DNA of 59,642 nt from Thermoplasmatota archaeon (GCA_022848765.1 JAJISJ010000001.1:1-59642); one strand, 5' to 3'. Positions 9,968-19,743 are shown, counted from the first letter of the stretch. The notes: generated by a model from the letters alone, not told the origin. Numbers and translations: made by a program.

Positions 9968-10489
9968 ATGGATTGGAAAAATCGTTCAGCATATGTTTTT
10001 ATTAAATCTAAAAAAGGGAAAGCAAATGAAATCTGGCAAAAATTTCAAAAATGGGACAATATGATAGGGACTTGGATTTTAACAGGAGATTGGGATGTAA
10101 TTGCATGGATCGATGCAGAAAATTGGGAAACAGTACATCAATGCGTTTCAACAATTAAAAGCTGGGATGAAGTTGATCATACAAGCTCACATATGGTTTA
10201 TAACGGATATAAAAACGAGAACTGGTGGTGGGAAAAACCAGCTGGCACTTGGGTTTTATTCAAAGAACATAATTTAGATGAAACACCAAATAAAACAAGA
10301 AAATGGAATTGGATGACAAGTGGAACAAGCATCCCAGGAGAATGGGATTACATGGCATGGATAGAAGGAGAAAACTGGGACGATGTATGGAAACATTTAC
10401 TTGAAGTAAAATCAGAGAACTGGCAAATTTCAGCTCAGATTCCAATAAAATCATGGTGGAATGAAAGCTGGAAAGAAAAATGGTGGTAA
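9968..10489 (+). CDS. Tandem Lrp/AsnC-ligand-binding (RAM)/GYD-like ferredoxin-fold protein, extremely Trp-rich
   Basis: Internal duplication (GTWILTGDWDVIAWIDAENWETV / GTSIPGEWDYMAWIEGENWDDV) matching the tG.yD.l..v pattern of RAM domains. 24 W in 173 aa. RBS GGTGGG upstream. Confidence 0.5.
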   Translation: MDWKNRSAYVFIKSKKGKANEIWQKFQKWDNMIGTWILTGDWDVIAWIDAENWETVHQCVSTIKSWDEVDHTSSHMVYNGYKNENWWWEKPAGTWVLFKEHNLDETPNKTRKWNWMTSGTSIPGEWDYMAWIEGENWDDVWKHLLEVKSENWQISAQIPIKSWWNESWKEKWW

Positions 10490-10496
10490 AAAAAAA

Positions 10497-11084
10497 TTAA
10501 ATCTTTCCACTATATTTTTTTAGTTCATTATATCGAAAACAATCAACTATATGATCATTAACCAGGCCAATAGCTTGCATATGAGAATAAATAATAGTTG
10601 ATCCAACAAATTTAAAACCTCTATCTCTTAGATCATTACTAATTTCATCTGATAACTTAGTCTTTGAAGGCAAATCTGTAACTTTATTCCATGAATTTAT
10701 AATTGGCTCATTATCTACATATTTCCAAATATATCTATCAAAGCTCCCAAAATCATCTTGAATTTCTAAAAATCTAATAGCATTATTCACAGAAGCTTCT
10801 ATTTTCCTTCGATTTCTAATTAGACCTTTATTACCCATTAATTCTTCAATTTTAATATCATTATAACTTGCAGCTTTAACAGGGTTAAAATTATCATATG
10901 CCCTTCTATAATTCTCCCTTTTCTTTAATACTAAAAGCCAGCTCAATCCAGCTTGAACTCCCTCAAGAATTAAAAACTCAAAATGTTTAATATCATCATG
11001 AGCAGGAACACCCCATTCCTCATCATGGTATTTGATATATAATTCGTCACTCTCACACCAATCACATCTTTTCATATTCATCAT
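10497..11084 (-). CDS. tag: DNA-3-methyladenine glycosylase I
   Basis: RCDWCESDELYIKYHDEEWGVP start plus a helix-hairpin-helix core, characteristic of Tag. The true start is probably the MKRC Met. Confidence 0.9.
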   Translation of the reverse strand: MMNMKRCDWCESDELYIKYHDEEWGVPAHDDIKHFEFLILEGVQAGLSWLLVLKKRENYRRAYDNFNPVKAASYNDIKIEELMGNKGLIRNRRKIEASVNNAIRFLEIQDDFGSFDRYIWKYVDNEPIINSWNKVTDLPSKTKLSDEISNDLRDRGFKFVGSTIIYSHMQAIGLVNDHIVDCFRYNELKKYSGKI

Positions 11085-11115
11085 TCCAGATAATTTTCTT
11101 AATCTAATATAATAA

Positions 11116-12951
11116 TTATTCTATTCTGCTCATTTTTTGATAACTAGGTTTCCACATCCTTGATTTAATTTGTTCTAATGAAAAATCAGATGTCCCCTGT
11201 TCTTGTGATATCTGTTTAGTAGTAATCAATGCTAAATTAGCACTAATATTTCTAATATCATCAAATGAGGGATACAAAGTACCATTCCTTACAAGTTTTT
11301 CTGATGTTAAATCTGATAATGCAAAAGCTACTTCAGTAAATACAGAATCACAAATGTGACTTCCCTTACTTATTATTGCCCCGAATCCAACTCCAGGGAA
11401 AATAAAGAAATTATTTCCTTGACCTATCCGAATATTCTTACCATTGTATTGAAATAAATCATAAGGGGACCCAGTTGCAACCAAAGCTTTACCTTTTGTA
11501 TATCTATAAATATCTTGCGGGGTTGCTTCAGAATTTACTGTTGGATTTGATAGAGGAAAAATTATAGGTTTTTCACAATTTTTTACCATAGCTTCTAAAA
11601 TATTTTTATCGAAATGTCCGAATTTCCCAGATGCTCCAATTAATACGTTAGGATGAAAATTATTTATTGTTTCTAATAAGGTAATATGATTATCATCCTC
11701 AACATCCCATTTTCTAAAAATATTTTTACTAAATTTAAATGATTTTTTATAATCTGGAAGTACTTTATCTTCAGTAACTAAACCCTGACTATCTAAAACA
11801 GCAATTCTATTACATGCCTTTTTAGATGATAAATCATGATTTGATTCAAGACATGCAGCAATGCGTCTAGCTATTCCAATACCACCGGCACCGGCACCAT
11901 AAATAACAAAATTTAAATCATCTAATTCATCACCTGTTAACCTAATAGCATTAAGAATTCCGGCTAACGCAACTGACCCAGTACCCTGTATATCATCATT
12001 AAAACTTAAAACCTTAAATCGATATTTATCTAAAATTGTAAAAGCATTTTGTCTACTAAAATCCTCCCATTGAATTAAAATATCAGGGAATTTCTCCTTT
12101 ATTGCATTTACAAATCTATCAATAAATTCAACGTATTCCTTATCACGAAGACGTCCAGATTTATAACCAAGATAATAAGGATCCTCCAAATCCTCAATAT
12201 TATCAGTCCCCACATCTAGACTAATCGGCATTGTCTCCCATGGCCTTATACCTGCTCCAAGAACATAAAGAGCTAGTTTTCCGATTGGGATATTCATTCC
12301 ACCGATACCCTGATCCCCTAATCCAAGAATTCCTTGATTATCTGTAATAACTGCAATATTAGGCTGTTTGAATCTAAATTGATTAAAAATAGAATTTGCA
12401 GTATCTATTGAAGAGGGAGAAATAAAGATACCCCGAAAACGTGCAGAATCCCTAGAAAATCGTAAAACAGCATCTCCAACGGTTGGTGTATAAACAATTG
12501 GTATTATTTCCTCTAGGTACCTATAAGCAAATGCATAAAAAAGTATCTCATTACGATCTTGCAAATCTCTTAAAAAATTATAGCGAGCAATATCTACATT
12601 TTTTTTCAATAAAGCAAATGTTTTTCTATCAAGTCTACTACATGATTTACATAAATCTAGATTCGTACCTATTCTAAGAAATCTTTGATAGACTTTTTCA
12701 ATTTGTTGATCTATCTTAAGGACATGTGGTGGAATTAAACCATTTAGCTGAAATTCTTCTCTTTCTCCTTGTGAAAATGCAGTACCTTTATTAAGAAGAG
12801 GCGTTCGAATAACATCGTTTCCTTCAGCATTTGTAAGGAATCCAATTTTATATTCTTCATCTTCCTCTACAAAAAATTTAATTTTCATTTTAAATTTGAC
12901 ACCCATAAAAGAGAACTCTAATACTAAGAACTCTTTTAATTTATTTATCAA
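11116..12951 (-). CDS. NAD(P)-dependent malic enzyme
   Basis: FNDDIQGTGSVALAG motif, GAGAGGIGIA dinucleotide fold, and length. The likely start is the internal MKIKFF Met near 12888. Confidence 0.9.
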   Translation of the reverse strand: MINKLKEFLVLEFSFMGVKFKMKIKFFVEEDEEYKIGFLTNAEGNDVIRTPLLNKGTAFSQGEREEFQLNGLIPPHVLKIDQQIEKVYQRFLRIGTNLDLCKSCSRLDRKTFALLKKNVDIARYNFLRDLQDRNEILFYAFAYRYLEEIIPIVYTPTVGDAVLRFSRDSARFRGIFISPSSIDTANSIFNQFRFKQPNIAVITDNQGILGLGDQGIGGMNIPIGKLALYVLGAGIRPWETMPISLDVGTDNIEDLEDPYYLGYKSGRLRDKEYVEFIDRFVNAIKEKFPDILIQWEDFSRQNAFTILDKYRFKVLSFNDDIQGTGSVALAGILNAIRLTGDELDDLNFVIYGAGAGGIGIARRIAACLESNHDLSSKKACNRIAVLDSQGLVTEDKVLPDYKKSFKFSKNIFRKWDVEDDNHITLLETINNFHPNVLIGASGKFGHFDKNILEAMVKNCEKPIIFPLSNPTVNSEATPQDIYRYTKGKALVATGSPYDLFQYNGKNIRIGQGNNFFIFPGVGFGAIISKGSHICDSVFTEVAFALSDLTSEKLVRNGTLYPSFDDIRNISANLALITTKQISQEQGTSDFSLEQIKSRMWKPSYQKMSRIE

Positions 12952-13363
12952 GTTTTAGAAAAGCAATATTTTTATAAAATTTACTGTTAATTATAAGAAA
13001 AAAAAAGATAAAAAAATAATTAAAGTTTTAATCTAAAAATTTATCAACTTCTTCACATACTGAATCATATCTATCAGTATCTACTTTTTTATCTACAAAG
13101 ATTTTATCTATTATTTTTCCGATATATTCATATTTCTCATCTACATCCATATCATACACCTGCCAATATTTATCATGCAAAGGTTTCTCACTAATGTTAT
13201 ATAAACCAAGCTCGTTAAAACGTCAAATTGAAAAATTAATTAAATGACATAATAAGAGATGATTTTACACTTAAAGTAGTAAAAAATTGAATTTTAGTTA
13301 CAAACAAAATTCTTGAAACAAATCTTCAGACAGCCAAACCTTTTTCTACCACAGTTTTAATAA

Positions 13364-14671
13364 TTGAATTACGTGAAACTATTAATTTTAGGAGAAAACT
13401 GTCTAATAAACCTATCATCCTTTAATAGATCAATATTCACGACATTTTCATTAATTGCATCAATATATGCAAGACAAATTGCCGCAGTAACACCAAAAAA
13501 ACACACTGTAATAGTCCTTGAAAACAATGAAAATATTAACTATAATGAAGAATATGATTGTGTACACATACATTTTAAAACAGGTCTAGCAAAAGAAGCC
13601 TACAAAATGGCTGATGAATATAGAAAAGCAGGAAAAATAGTGATTCTAAGCGGTACACATACAACCGCCCTTCCAGAAGAAGCAAAAACTCATGCAGATA
13701 GTGTATTAATAGGCTCTGCTGAACATTTATGGCCAATAGCATTAAAAGATTTAGAAAAAGGAAAACTCAAACCAATATATGATTCAAAAAACTATAACAA
13801 ACCAGATACATTAATAACAAAAAACTTTGAAATACCAACTAATCAAACCATAATAGGAATTATTGAAGCAACAAGAGGCTGCCCTTATAAATGTGATTTC
13901 TGCCAAGAATCAAATGTACAATCAGGATCAATATTTCAAGTTAGACCAATAGAAGAAATAATCAAAGACATTAAAAAAATTCCACAGAAATTCTTATTCT
14001 TCTGCGATGCCTCACTAACAATAGACACAACATATACAAAAAAACTATTTAGAAAAATGAAACCATTTCACAAAAAATTTATCTGCGAAGGTAATGCAGA
14101 TGTACTTGCAAAAGATGAAGAACTTCTTAAACTCGCCTATGAAGCAGGATGCATTGAATGGACCGTAGGATTTGAATCATTTTCCCAACAAACACTAGTT
14201 GATATTAATAAAAAAACAAATACAATAGAAGAATTCGCAAAAGTAGTAAAAAACATTCATAAATATAAAATGGCAGTACTAGGTAATTTCATTTTTGGAT
14301 TTGATCAAGATACTCCAAATATATTTCAATTGACCAGAGACAATATCAAAAAATTAGGTTTAGACTCAGCACGATTTGCAATCTTAACACCATACCCAGG
14401 TACACCTCTTTTTAATAAAATGGAAAAAGAATCCAGAATAACAACATATGATTGGTCAAAATATAATAGAAAAAACGTTGTTTTTAAACCAAAAAACATG
14501 ACAGTAGAAGAACTTAAAATTGGTTTTAAAAAAATTTCAGAAGATTTTAACTCAATTTCAAACTTAATTTATCGTGATATCAGAAGTCTAAAATATGGAA
14601 TATATCCCTTTTTATCAACTGTTGAAAGAAATATCGAAAGCTATCTAAACAGACCAAAAAAATGGTTATAA
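13364..14671 (+). CDS. B12-binding-domain radical SAM protein (paralog of 2662..3975)
   Basis: CPYKCDFC cluster motif and VILSGTHTTALP B12-type region. Collinear similarity to the first copy. The ORF-track start is TTG, so the start is uncertain. Confidence 0.85.
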   Translation: MNYVKLLILGENCLINLSSFNRSIFTTFSLIASIYARQIAAVTPKKHTVIVLENNENINYNEEYDCVHIHFKTGLAKEAYKMADEYRKAGKIVILSGTHTTALPEEAKTHADSVLIGSAEHLWPIALKDLEKGKLKPIYDSKNYNKPDTLITKNFEIPTNQTIIGIIEATRGCPYKCDFCQESNVQSGSIFQVRPIEEIIKDIKKIPQKFLFFCDASLTIDTTYTKKLFRKMKPFHKKFICEGNADVLAKDEELLKLAYEAGCIEWTVGFESFSQQTLVDINKKTNTIEEFAKVVKNIHKYKMAVLGNFIFGFDQDTPNIFQLTRDNIKKLGLDSARFAILTPYPGTPLFNKMEKESRITTYDWSKYNRKNVVFKPKNMTVEELKIGFKKISEDFNSISNLIYRDIRSLKYGIYPFLSTVERNIESYLNRPKKWL

Positions 14672-14717
14672 TAAAAAAAAACATTTTTTTAAACAAAAAT
14701 GTATTCACTTAATAACA

Positions 14718-15359
14718 ATGGATAATCCTAGTGAAAATAATAATAAGATTAATGTTCCATATTTTCAACAAACCCGCTATTCAACATGTGGCGTTGCATC
14801 ACTAATGATGGTGATGAAATATTGGGATAACAGCATCAAATTATCTAGAAATGAAGAATTTTTTCTATGGATGAAAAGCAACCCCTTTATTTTCTTAGGA
14901 GGAACTCTACAATTTGGATTAGCTAAAACAGCATTAAAATATGGATTCAAAGTCCATATATATCAAAAATCAAAATTTTCAAACATCTACCCTAATAAAC
15001 ATAAGTTAATTGATTTTTATGAATGGGTTGCAAGTTATGGTGCACGACACAAGAAAATCCCAATACAATATAACAAAAATATATTAGAAGAAATATTCAT
15101 ATCCATAACAGAAAATATTCCGCCTATTGTTTTTATAAATCTTAAGCCAATCATTGGTGAGAATGTTCTTCATTGGCTTGTAGTAACAGGAATAAATAAA
15201 GAGAAAATCTATGTTAATGATCCATATATTCCATATGGTTCTTCTGTTAACCAAAAGAAAAATATTATTATTGAACTAGATATTTTTAAAAAAGCTATTG
15301 CAACAGACAAATCAAATGGTTTACGTCTTCCACCTTGTATCATAAAAATATTTAGATAA
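14718..15359 (+). CDS. Stand-alone peptidase C39-like (papain-fold cysteine peptidase) domain protein
   Basis: YFQQTRYSTCGVASLMMVMKYW (Gln plus catalytic Cys) and a later HWLVVTGINKEKIYVNDP (His, Asn/Asp) match the C39/C39-like arrangement. Confidence 0.6.
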   Translation: MDNPSENNNKINVPYFQQTRYSTCGVASLMMVMKYWDNSIKLSRNEEFFLWMKSNPFIFLGGTLQFGLAKTALKYGFKVHIYQKSKFSNIYPNKHKLIDFYEWVASYGARHKKIPIQYNKNILEEIFISITENIPPIVFINLKPIIGENVLHWLVVTGINKEKIYVNDPYIPYGSSVNQKKNIIIELDIFKKAIATDKSNGLRLPPCIIKIFR

Positions 15360-16299
15360 ACTCTAAATCACCACTGACAATCTTAATTTTTTTATCTATG
15401 TTCTCTAAAATAAGAGCGCCAGTATCATCAATATCAATAACAATACCTTCAATTTCATATTTCTCTAATTTTAATCTAACATTTCTACCTATTATATCTG
15501 TATTTTCAAACCATAACTCTCTAATATAATTATAATCATTAGAAATAAGTTTAGCATAATTAACATCTAAATATTTTATAATCAATCTTAACAAATCAAC
15601 CCTAGAGATTTTTGAATTATAAATATTAAAAATCGAATTAGCTTTATTACATAATTCATCTTCTAAAACATTATTAACATTTATACCAACACCAACTACT
15701 GAATAATTTATTCTATCCAACTCAGCATCCAACTCAGTTAAAATTCCACAAATTTTTTTTCCTTCCAATAACAAATCATTTGGCCATTTTATAACAGCTG
15801 ATAAACCTGTTAATTCTTTAATCGCCTGAACAATTGAAATAGATGTAGCCATTGTAATTAACATTGCATATTGAGTTGGAATATTTGGATACAAAATAAC
15901 AGAAAACCACAAACCACCTTCAGGAGAAAACCAACTTCTATCCTTCCTACCACGCCCTTTTGTTTGTATATCTGCTACAACAATAGTACCTTCCTCAGCA
16001 TTTTTTTTAATTAATTCCTTTGCAAACAGATTAGTAGATTCAAGTGATCTAAAATAATGCACATTCTTACCAACAATATTTGTATTTAATTCAAATAATA
16101 CTTCTTCAGATAATGGAATATCAGGTTTAGATATCAATCTATAACCTCTATTTTTAACTGATTCAATATTATAACCTAATTTTTTTAAATTTTGAATCTT
16201 TTTCCACACCGCTGTTCTAGAAATATTAAGCTTTTTAGAAATTAATTCACCTGAGATAAAATCTTTATCATCCAATAAATGAATAATATCTAACTTCAT
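15352..16299 (-). CDS. birA: Bifunctional biotin-[acetyl-CoA-carboxylase] ligase / biotin operon repressor
   Basis: N-terminal wHTH (ELISKKLNISRTAVWKKIQNLKKLGY) and the GRGRKDRSWFSPEG biotin-binding loop. The ATG overlaps the TGA of the upstream symporter (ATGA at 16296-16299). Confidence 0.9.
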   Translation of the reverse strand: MKLDIIHLLDDKDFISGELISKKLNISRTAVWKKIQNLKKLGYNIESVKNRGYRLISKPDIPLSEEVLFELNTNIVGKNVHYFRSLESTNLFAKELIKKNAEEGTIVVADIQTKGRGRKDRSWFSPEGGLWFSVILYPNIPTQYAMLITMATSISIVQAIKELTGLSAVIKWPNDLLLEGKKICGILTELDAELDRINYSVVGVGINVNNVLEDELCNKANSIFNIYNSKISRVDLLRLIIKYLDVNYAKLISNDYNYIRELWFENTDIIGRNVRLKLEKYEIEGIVIDIDDTGALILENIDKKIKIVSGDLEFI

Positions 16300-17636
16300 T
16301 TTTCACCTTCACGAAACATTAATAGAGGAATTAATGAGAAAACGAGACCAACTAATACAGCATAATCCCCAAATGAACTAAAATATAACCACAATATAGA
16401 GATTGATCCTCCTATTAATAAACTCCAAAATGCACCTCTCGAAGTAACTCTAGTTTTTTCCCGATAAAAACCAAAAATAATTGGAAGTGTCAAACCTGCA
16501 GTAAAAACAGTATATGCTAATTGTAATGTTTTTAGAATATCACCCAAAAAAATAGCAAGTATAAAAGCTCCAAATCCAACAATTAAAATACCAAAACGAG
16601 AAATATTAATATTATTTTTCTTAAAAATATCCACACTTAATATTGTTCCAGCTGAAAGTAAACATGAATCAGCAGAAGAAATCATAACAGATAAAAAACC
16701 TGCTAAAATAATTCCCGAAACAATTGGAGATAAATTAAAAACAGCAGTAGGTATAGCAAGATAAGGATTTGAAAGACCTGGATGAAGTATTAAAGCAGAT
16801 AATGCAATTATTGCAATTCCAATTGCAAATATCAATTTAAAAATTCCAGAAAATATTGCGCCTTTTTTTGCAGTTTTTTCATCTTTTGCCGATAGTAATT
16901 TTGAGTAAATATCCGGTCCAACAATATGAGGCATAAACATCATAAAAAAAATAGATCCAGCTGTGAGAATGCCAATTTCCTGATTAACTGGAAATGCCAA
17001 TGAAATAGAAGATAATTGATTAAGATTTGGTAGTGCCTCCCATAAAAGTAAAGGTGCAGCAATAAAACAAATACCAATAATCATAATAAAAAATTGGATA
17101 AAATCAGTATAAATAACAGCATATTGACCACCAATTATAGTATACAATATAAAACCAATTGTAATAATAAACAAAATAACCGTATAATCAACATTAATCA
17201 CAACAGACAAAATTAGACCAGATGCTTGGATTAACAATGAAACCCATGCAATTTCAGTAATAATAATTAAGATCGCTGATCCAATTCTAACATTATCCCC
17301 AAAGAATGACCCCGTGATATCTGGTAGAGTAATTAAACCTGTTTTTCTTACTTTATTAGCTAAAAATAAACCAAGAATAATTAAACCAAGACCTCCTCCT
17401 ATATCATACCATAAAGCAGGTAATCCTTGAGCATATATCCTACCACCTGCAACAATAGTAGCAGATCCCCCAACAGTTGTTGCTGTAATTGTCGCTGTTA
17501 AAGTCAGCCAACCTATACTTCTATCAGCAAGAAAAAATCCTTTTTCTGATTTAACCTTTCTTGAACTAATTAGACCAATAATAATTACAATAAATAGATA
17601 CGCGAATATTACTGCTAAACTAAGATTAAATTCCAT
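16296..17636 (-). CDS. Sodium:solute symporter family (SSF/SLC5-type) transporter, candidate biotin importer
   Basis: About 12-13 TM segments. SSF-like pattern (GGSATIVAGG, YTDFIQF). Translationally coupled to birA, with a BirA-box directly upstream. Confidence 0.8.
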   Translation of the reverse strand: MEFNLSLAVIFAYLFIVIIIGLISSRKVKSEKGFFLADRSIGWLTLTATITATTVGGSATIVAGGRIYAQGLPALWYDIGGGLGLIILGLFLANKVRKTGLITLPDITGSFFGDNVRIGSAILIIITEIAWVSLLIQASGLILSVVINVDYTVILFIITIGFILYTIIGGQYAVIYTDFIQFFIMIIGICFIAAPLLLWEALPNLNQLSSISLAFPVNQEIGILTAGSIFFMMFMPHIVGPDIYSKLLSAKDEKTAKKGAIFSGIFKLIFAIGIAIIALSALILHPGLSNPYLAIPTAVFNLSPIVSGIILAGFLSVMISSADSCLLSAGTILSVDIFKKNNINISRFGILIVGFGAFILAIFLGDILKTLQLAYTVFTAGLTLPIIFGFYREKTRVTSRGAFWSLLIGGSISILWLYFSSFGDYAVLVGLVFSLIPLLMFREGEK

Positions 17637-17666
17637 TGTTAACCGAAATTTGGAATAAGGTTAACT
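17637..17666. promoter_or_regulatory. Putative BirA operator (bioO-like): TGTTAACC-N14-GGTTAACT
   Basis: Inverted repeat GTTAACC / GGTTAAC separated by 14 nt, abutting the ATG of the SSS-birA operon. Half-sites match the TGT(T/A)AACC...GGTT(T/A)ACA architecture of known BirA operators. Confidence 0.6.
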
Positions 17667-17750
17667 ATTTATATTTTTCTCAATTATTTCTAAACAATAT
17701 CTATTACCTAAGATTTATATTTAAATATCAATTAACCATGATCGATAGAA

Positions 17751-18533
17751 ATGGACTATGAAACAATAACAAGTAAAATGAAAGATAAAGTTGCTTATAT
17801 CACATTAAATCGTCCCGAAAGATTGAACGCATTCGATTTAAAACTAGGTGAAGAATTATATCAAGAATTAAGAGATGTCTCAAAAAATAAGGAAATATTA
17901 GCTGTAGTAATTAAAGGAACAGGAAAAGGATTTTGTGGAGGAGGAGATGTAAAAGAAATGCATCTCGCAACTAATAAATCACAATTCCTTAGAGATTTAA
18001 CTAGAGCAATACACAGATGCGTAATTGAAATAAGAACTATGGAAAAACCTGTCATAGCAGCAATAAACGGAGCTGCTTTTGGAGCAGGCTTATCACTTGC
18101 TTTAGCTTGTGATATTTTAATTGCAGTAAAAGATGTAAAAATGGGTACTGCTTTTATTGGAATCGGTTTAGCACCAGGATGTGGAACACAATTTTTTACA
18201 AACATAGTTGGATATCAAAAAGCCTGTGAATATATACTAACTTCTAAAAATTTTACAGTTGAAGAAGCACTAAACCTTAGATTGGTAAATAAAATAGTAG
18301 AAAAAGATGATCTTGATATAACAATCGAGGAATTTCTATCAAAATTTAGAAAATTACCCCCAATTGCAATTGGAAAGGCAAAAATGCTAATTAATAAAAG
18401 TTTAGAAAATGATATGATCCAACATCTTGAACTTGAAAGCAAAACAGCCGCATACACAGCTGGAACTGAAGATTTTAAAGAAGGAGTAGCAGCTTTTACT
18501 GAAAAAAGAAAACCTACTTATAAAGGAAAATAA
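17751..18533 (+). CDS. Enoyl-CoA hydratase/isomerase (crotonase) family protein
   Basis: GFCGGGDVKEM and AAINGAAFGAGLSLALACD oxyanion-hole motifs. Confidence 0.9.
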   Translation: MDYETITSKMKDKVAYITLNRPERLNAFDLKLGEELYQELRDVSKNKEILAVVIKGTGKGFCGGGDVKEMHLATNKSQFLRDLTRAIHRCVIEIRTMEKPVIAAINGAAFGAGLSLALACDILIAVKDVKMGTAFIGIGLAPGCGTQFFTNIVGYQKACEYILTSKNFTVEEALNLRLVNKIVEKDDLDITIEEFLSKFRKLPPIAIGKAKMLINKSLENDMIQHLELESKTAAYTAGTEDFKEGVAAFTEKRKPTYKGK

Positions 18534-18621
18534 CAATCATTATCTAATTGTAAAAACAATTATTAATAATAAAAAAATTATTATAATAATGTAAGATATT
18601 ATTTAAAATAGTGATTACACC

Positions 18622-19716
18622 ATGAATAAAATAATAACAATAATGATAATTCTATTAATGACATTAACCATAAATATATCAAATCCTGAAGCAAAAAAAG
18701 TACAAACATCCGATCTCCCAACATATTTTAGTTGGAGAGACATAAATAATACTGATTATACAACGCCAATAAAAAATCAAGCACCAGCCCCTACATGTGA
18801 ATCATATGCATTATGTGCATCATTAGAGACATTAATGCAATATCAAACAGGTGAATTATTCAATCCTGATTTATCAGAAACTCATTTATATTTTTATGCT
18901 GGCGGAACATATGAATCAGGTTATGTAAATATTGTAGACGCTGCAAATTATTTAATTGAACATGGCGTTCCTGACGAAGGTTGTTATCCAGATCCGAAAA
19001 GACCTTTTGATTACCCCTATGAAAGTGTAGAAGGTTGGGAAAATAGAACAGTAAAAATTCAAGAATGGGGTTGGGTTGATCACGATATAAACTCGATAAA
19101 AAATGCTTTAATACAATATGGCCCTCTTGCAATTTGTGCAACTTTTTGGACAGATTTCTATTATTATAAAGATGGAGTTTATAAACACAGATGGGGTGAA
19201 CATGCAGGAGGACATGTTATGACAATGGTAGGATACGATGACAGTGAACAATGCTGGATTGTAAAAAACCAAGCTGGAACAAACTGGGGTATAGACGGAT
19301 GGCTCAAAATGGCATATGATGCAGATATGTTTGCTGAATGGTATGGAGTAGGAACAGGTATAATGTACATAGATGGAGTATACGGAAACTTCAAACCTGA
19401 TGTACCAAAAATTCAAATTGAAAAACCAGAAAATTATCACACCTATATATTTGGAAATGAATTTCCAACAATTCTCAAACAATTACCAATACAAAAATCA
19501 GCACCAAGAATAATAGGAGATTTAACAGTTGAAATAATCGCTGAAAATACGGAAAGAGTTGAATTTTATATTGATAACGAACTTCAAAATACTGATGATC
19601 AAGAACCTTTTACTTTAGATCTTCAAACAACACAAGGCCTCCATACTTTGGAGATTATAGCATATAAAGAGGACAGTATTTCAAAAGATGTTGTTGATTT
19701 ATATAAAATATTTTAA
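18622..19716 (+). CDS. Secreted papain-family (C1) cysteine peptidase with a C-terminal Ig-like module
   Basis: Signal peptide, FSWRD, NQ...C catalytic region, GGHVMTMVGYD His motif, KNQAGTNWGIDGW. The active-site Cys context (PTCESYA) is atypical. Confidence 0.8.
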   Translation: MNKIITIMIILLMTLTINISNPEAKKVQTSDLPTYFSWRDINNTDYTTPIKNQAPAPTCESYALCASLETLMQYQTGELFNPDLSETHLYFYAGGTYESGYVNIVDAANYLIEHGVPDEGCYPDPKRPFDYPYESVEGWENRTVKIQEWGWVDHDINSIKNALIQYGPLAICATFWTDFYYYKDGVYKHRWGEHAGGHVMTMVGYDDSEQCWIVKNQAGTNWGIDGWLKMAYDADMFAEWYGVGTGIMYIDGVYGNFKPDVPKIQIEKPENYHTYIFGNEFPTILKQLPIQKSAPRIIGDLTVEIIAENTERVEFYIDNELQNTDDQEPFTLDLQTTQGLHTLEIIAYKEDSISKDVVDLYKIF

Positions 19717-19729
19717 CTTAAATAATTAA

Positions 19730-19743
19730 TTAACAAATGTTAA
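19730..19743. promoter_or_regulatory. 13/14 copy of the TTAACAATTGTTAA palindrome (TTAACAAATGTTAA)
   Basis: One mismatch to the perfect palindrome found at 39458, 42886 and 51336. Lies at the start of the 1.1-kb spacer. Confidence 0.3.

Noticed and set aside
13035-13200. Minus-strand frame (...LHDKYWQVYDMDVDEKYEYIGKIIDKIFVDKKVDTDRYDSVCEEVDKFLD) as a RiPP precursor or small gene
   Set aside because: It has no RBS, only an internal ATG (42 aa), and is on the opposite strand to the radical SAM/C39-like pair. Evidence is insufficient to call it a gene.
17861-18457. Minus-strand ORFs 17861-18205 and 18215-18457
   Set aside because: They are antisense to the crotonase gene, which has clear family motifs. 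No RBS or motif supports them.
18860-19482. Minus-strand ORFs 18860-19141, 19108-19482 and 19179-19394
   Set aside because: They are antisense shadows of the C1 peptidase gene.
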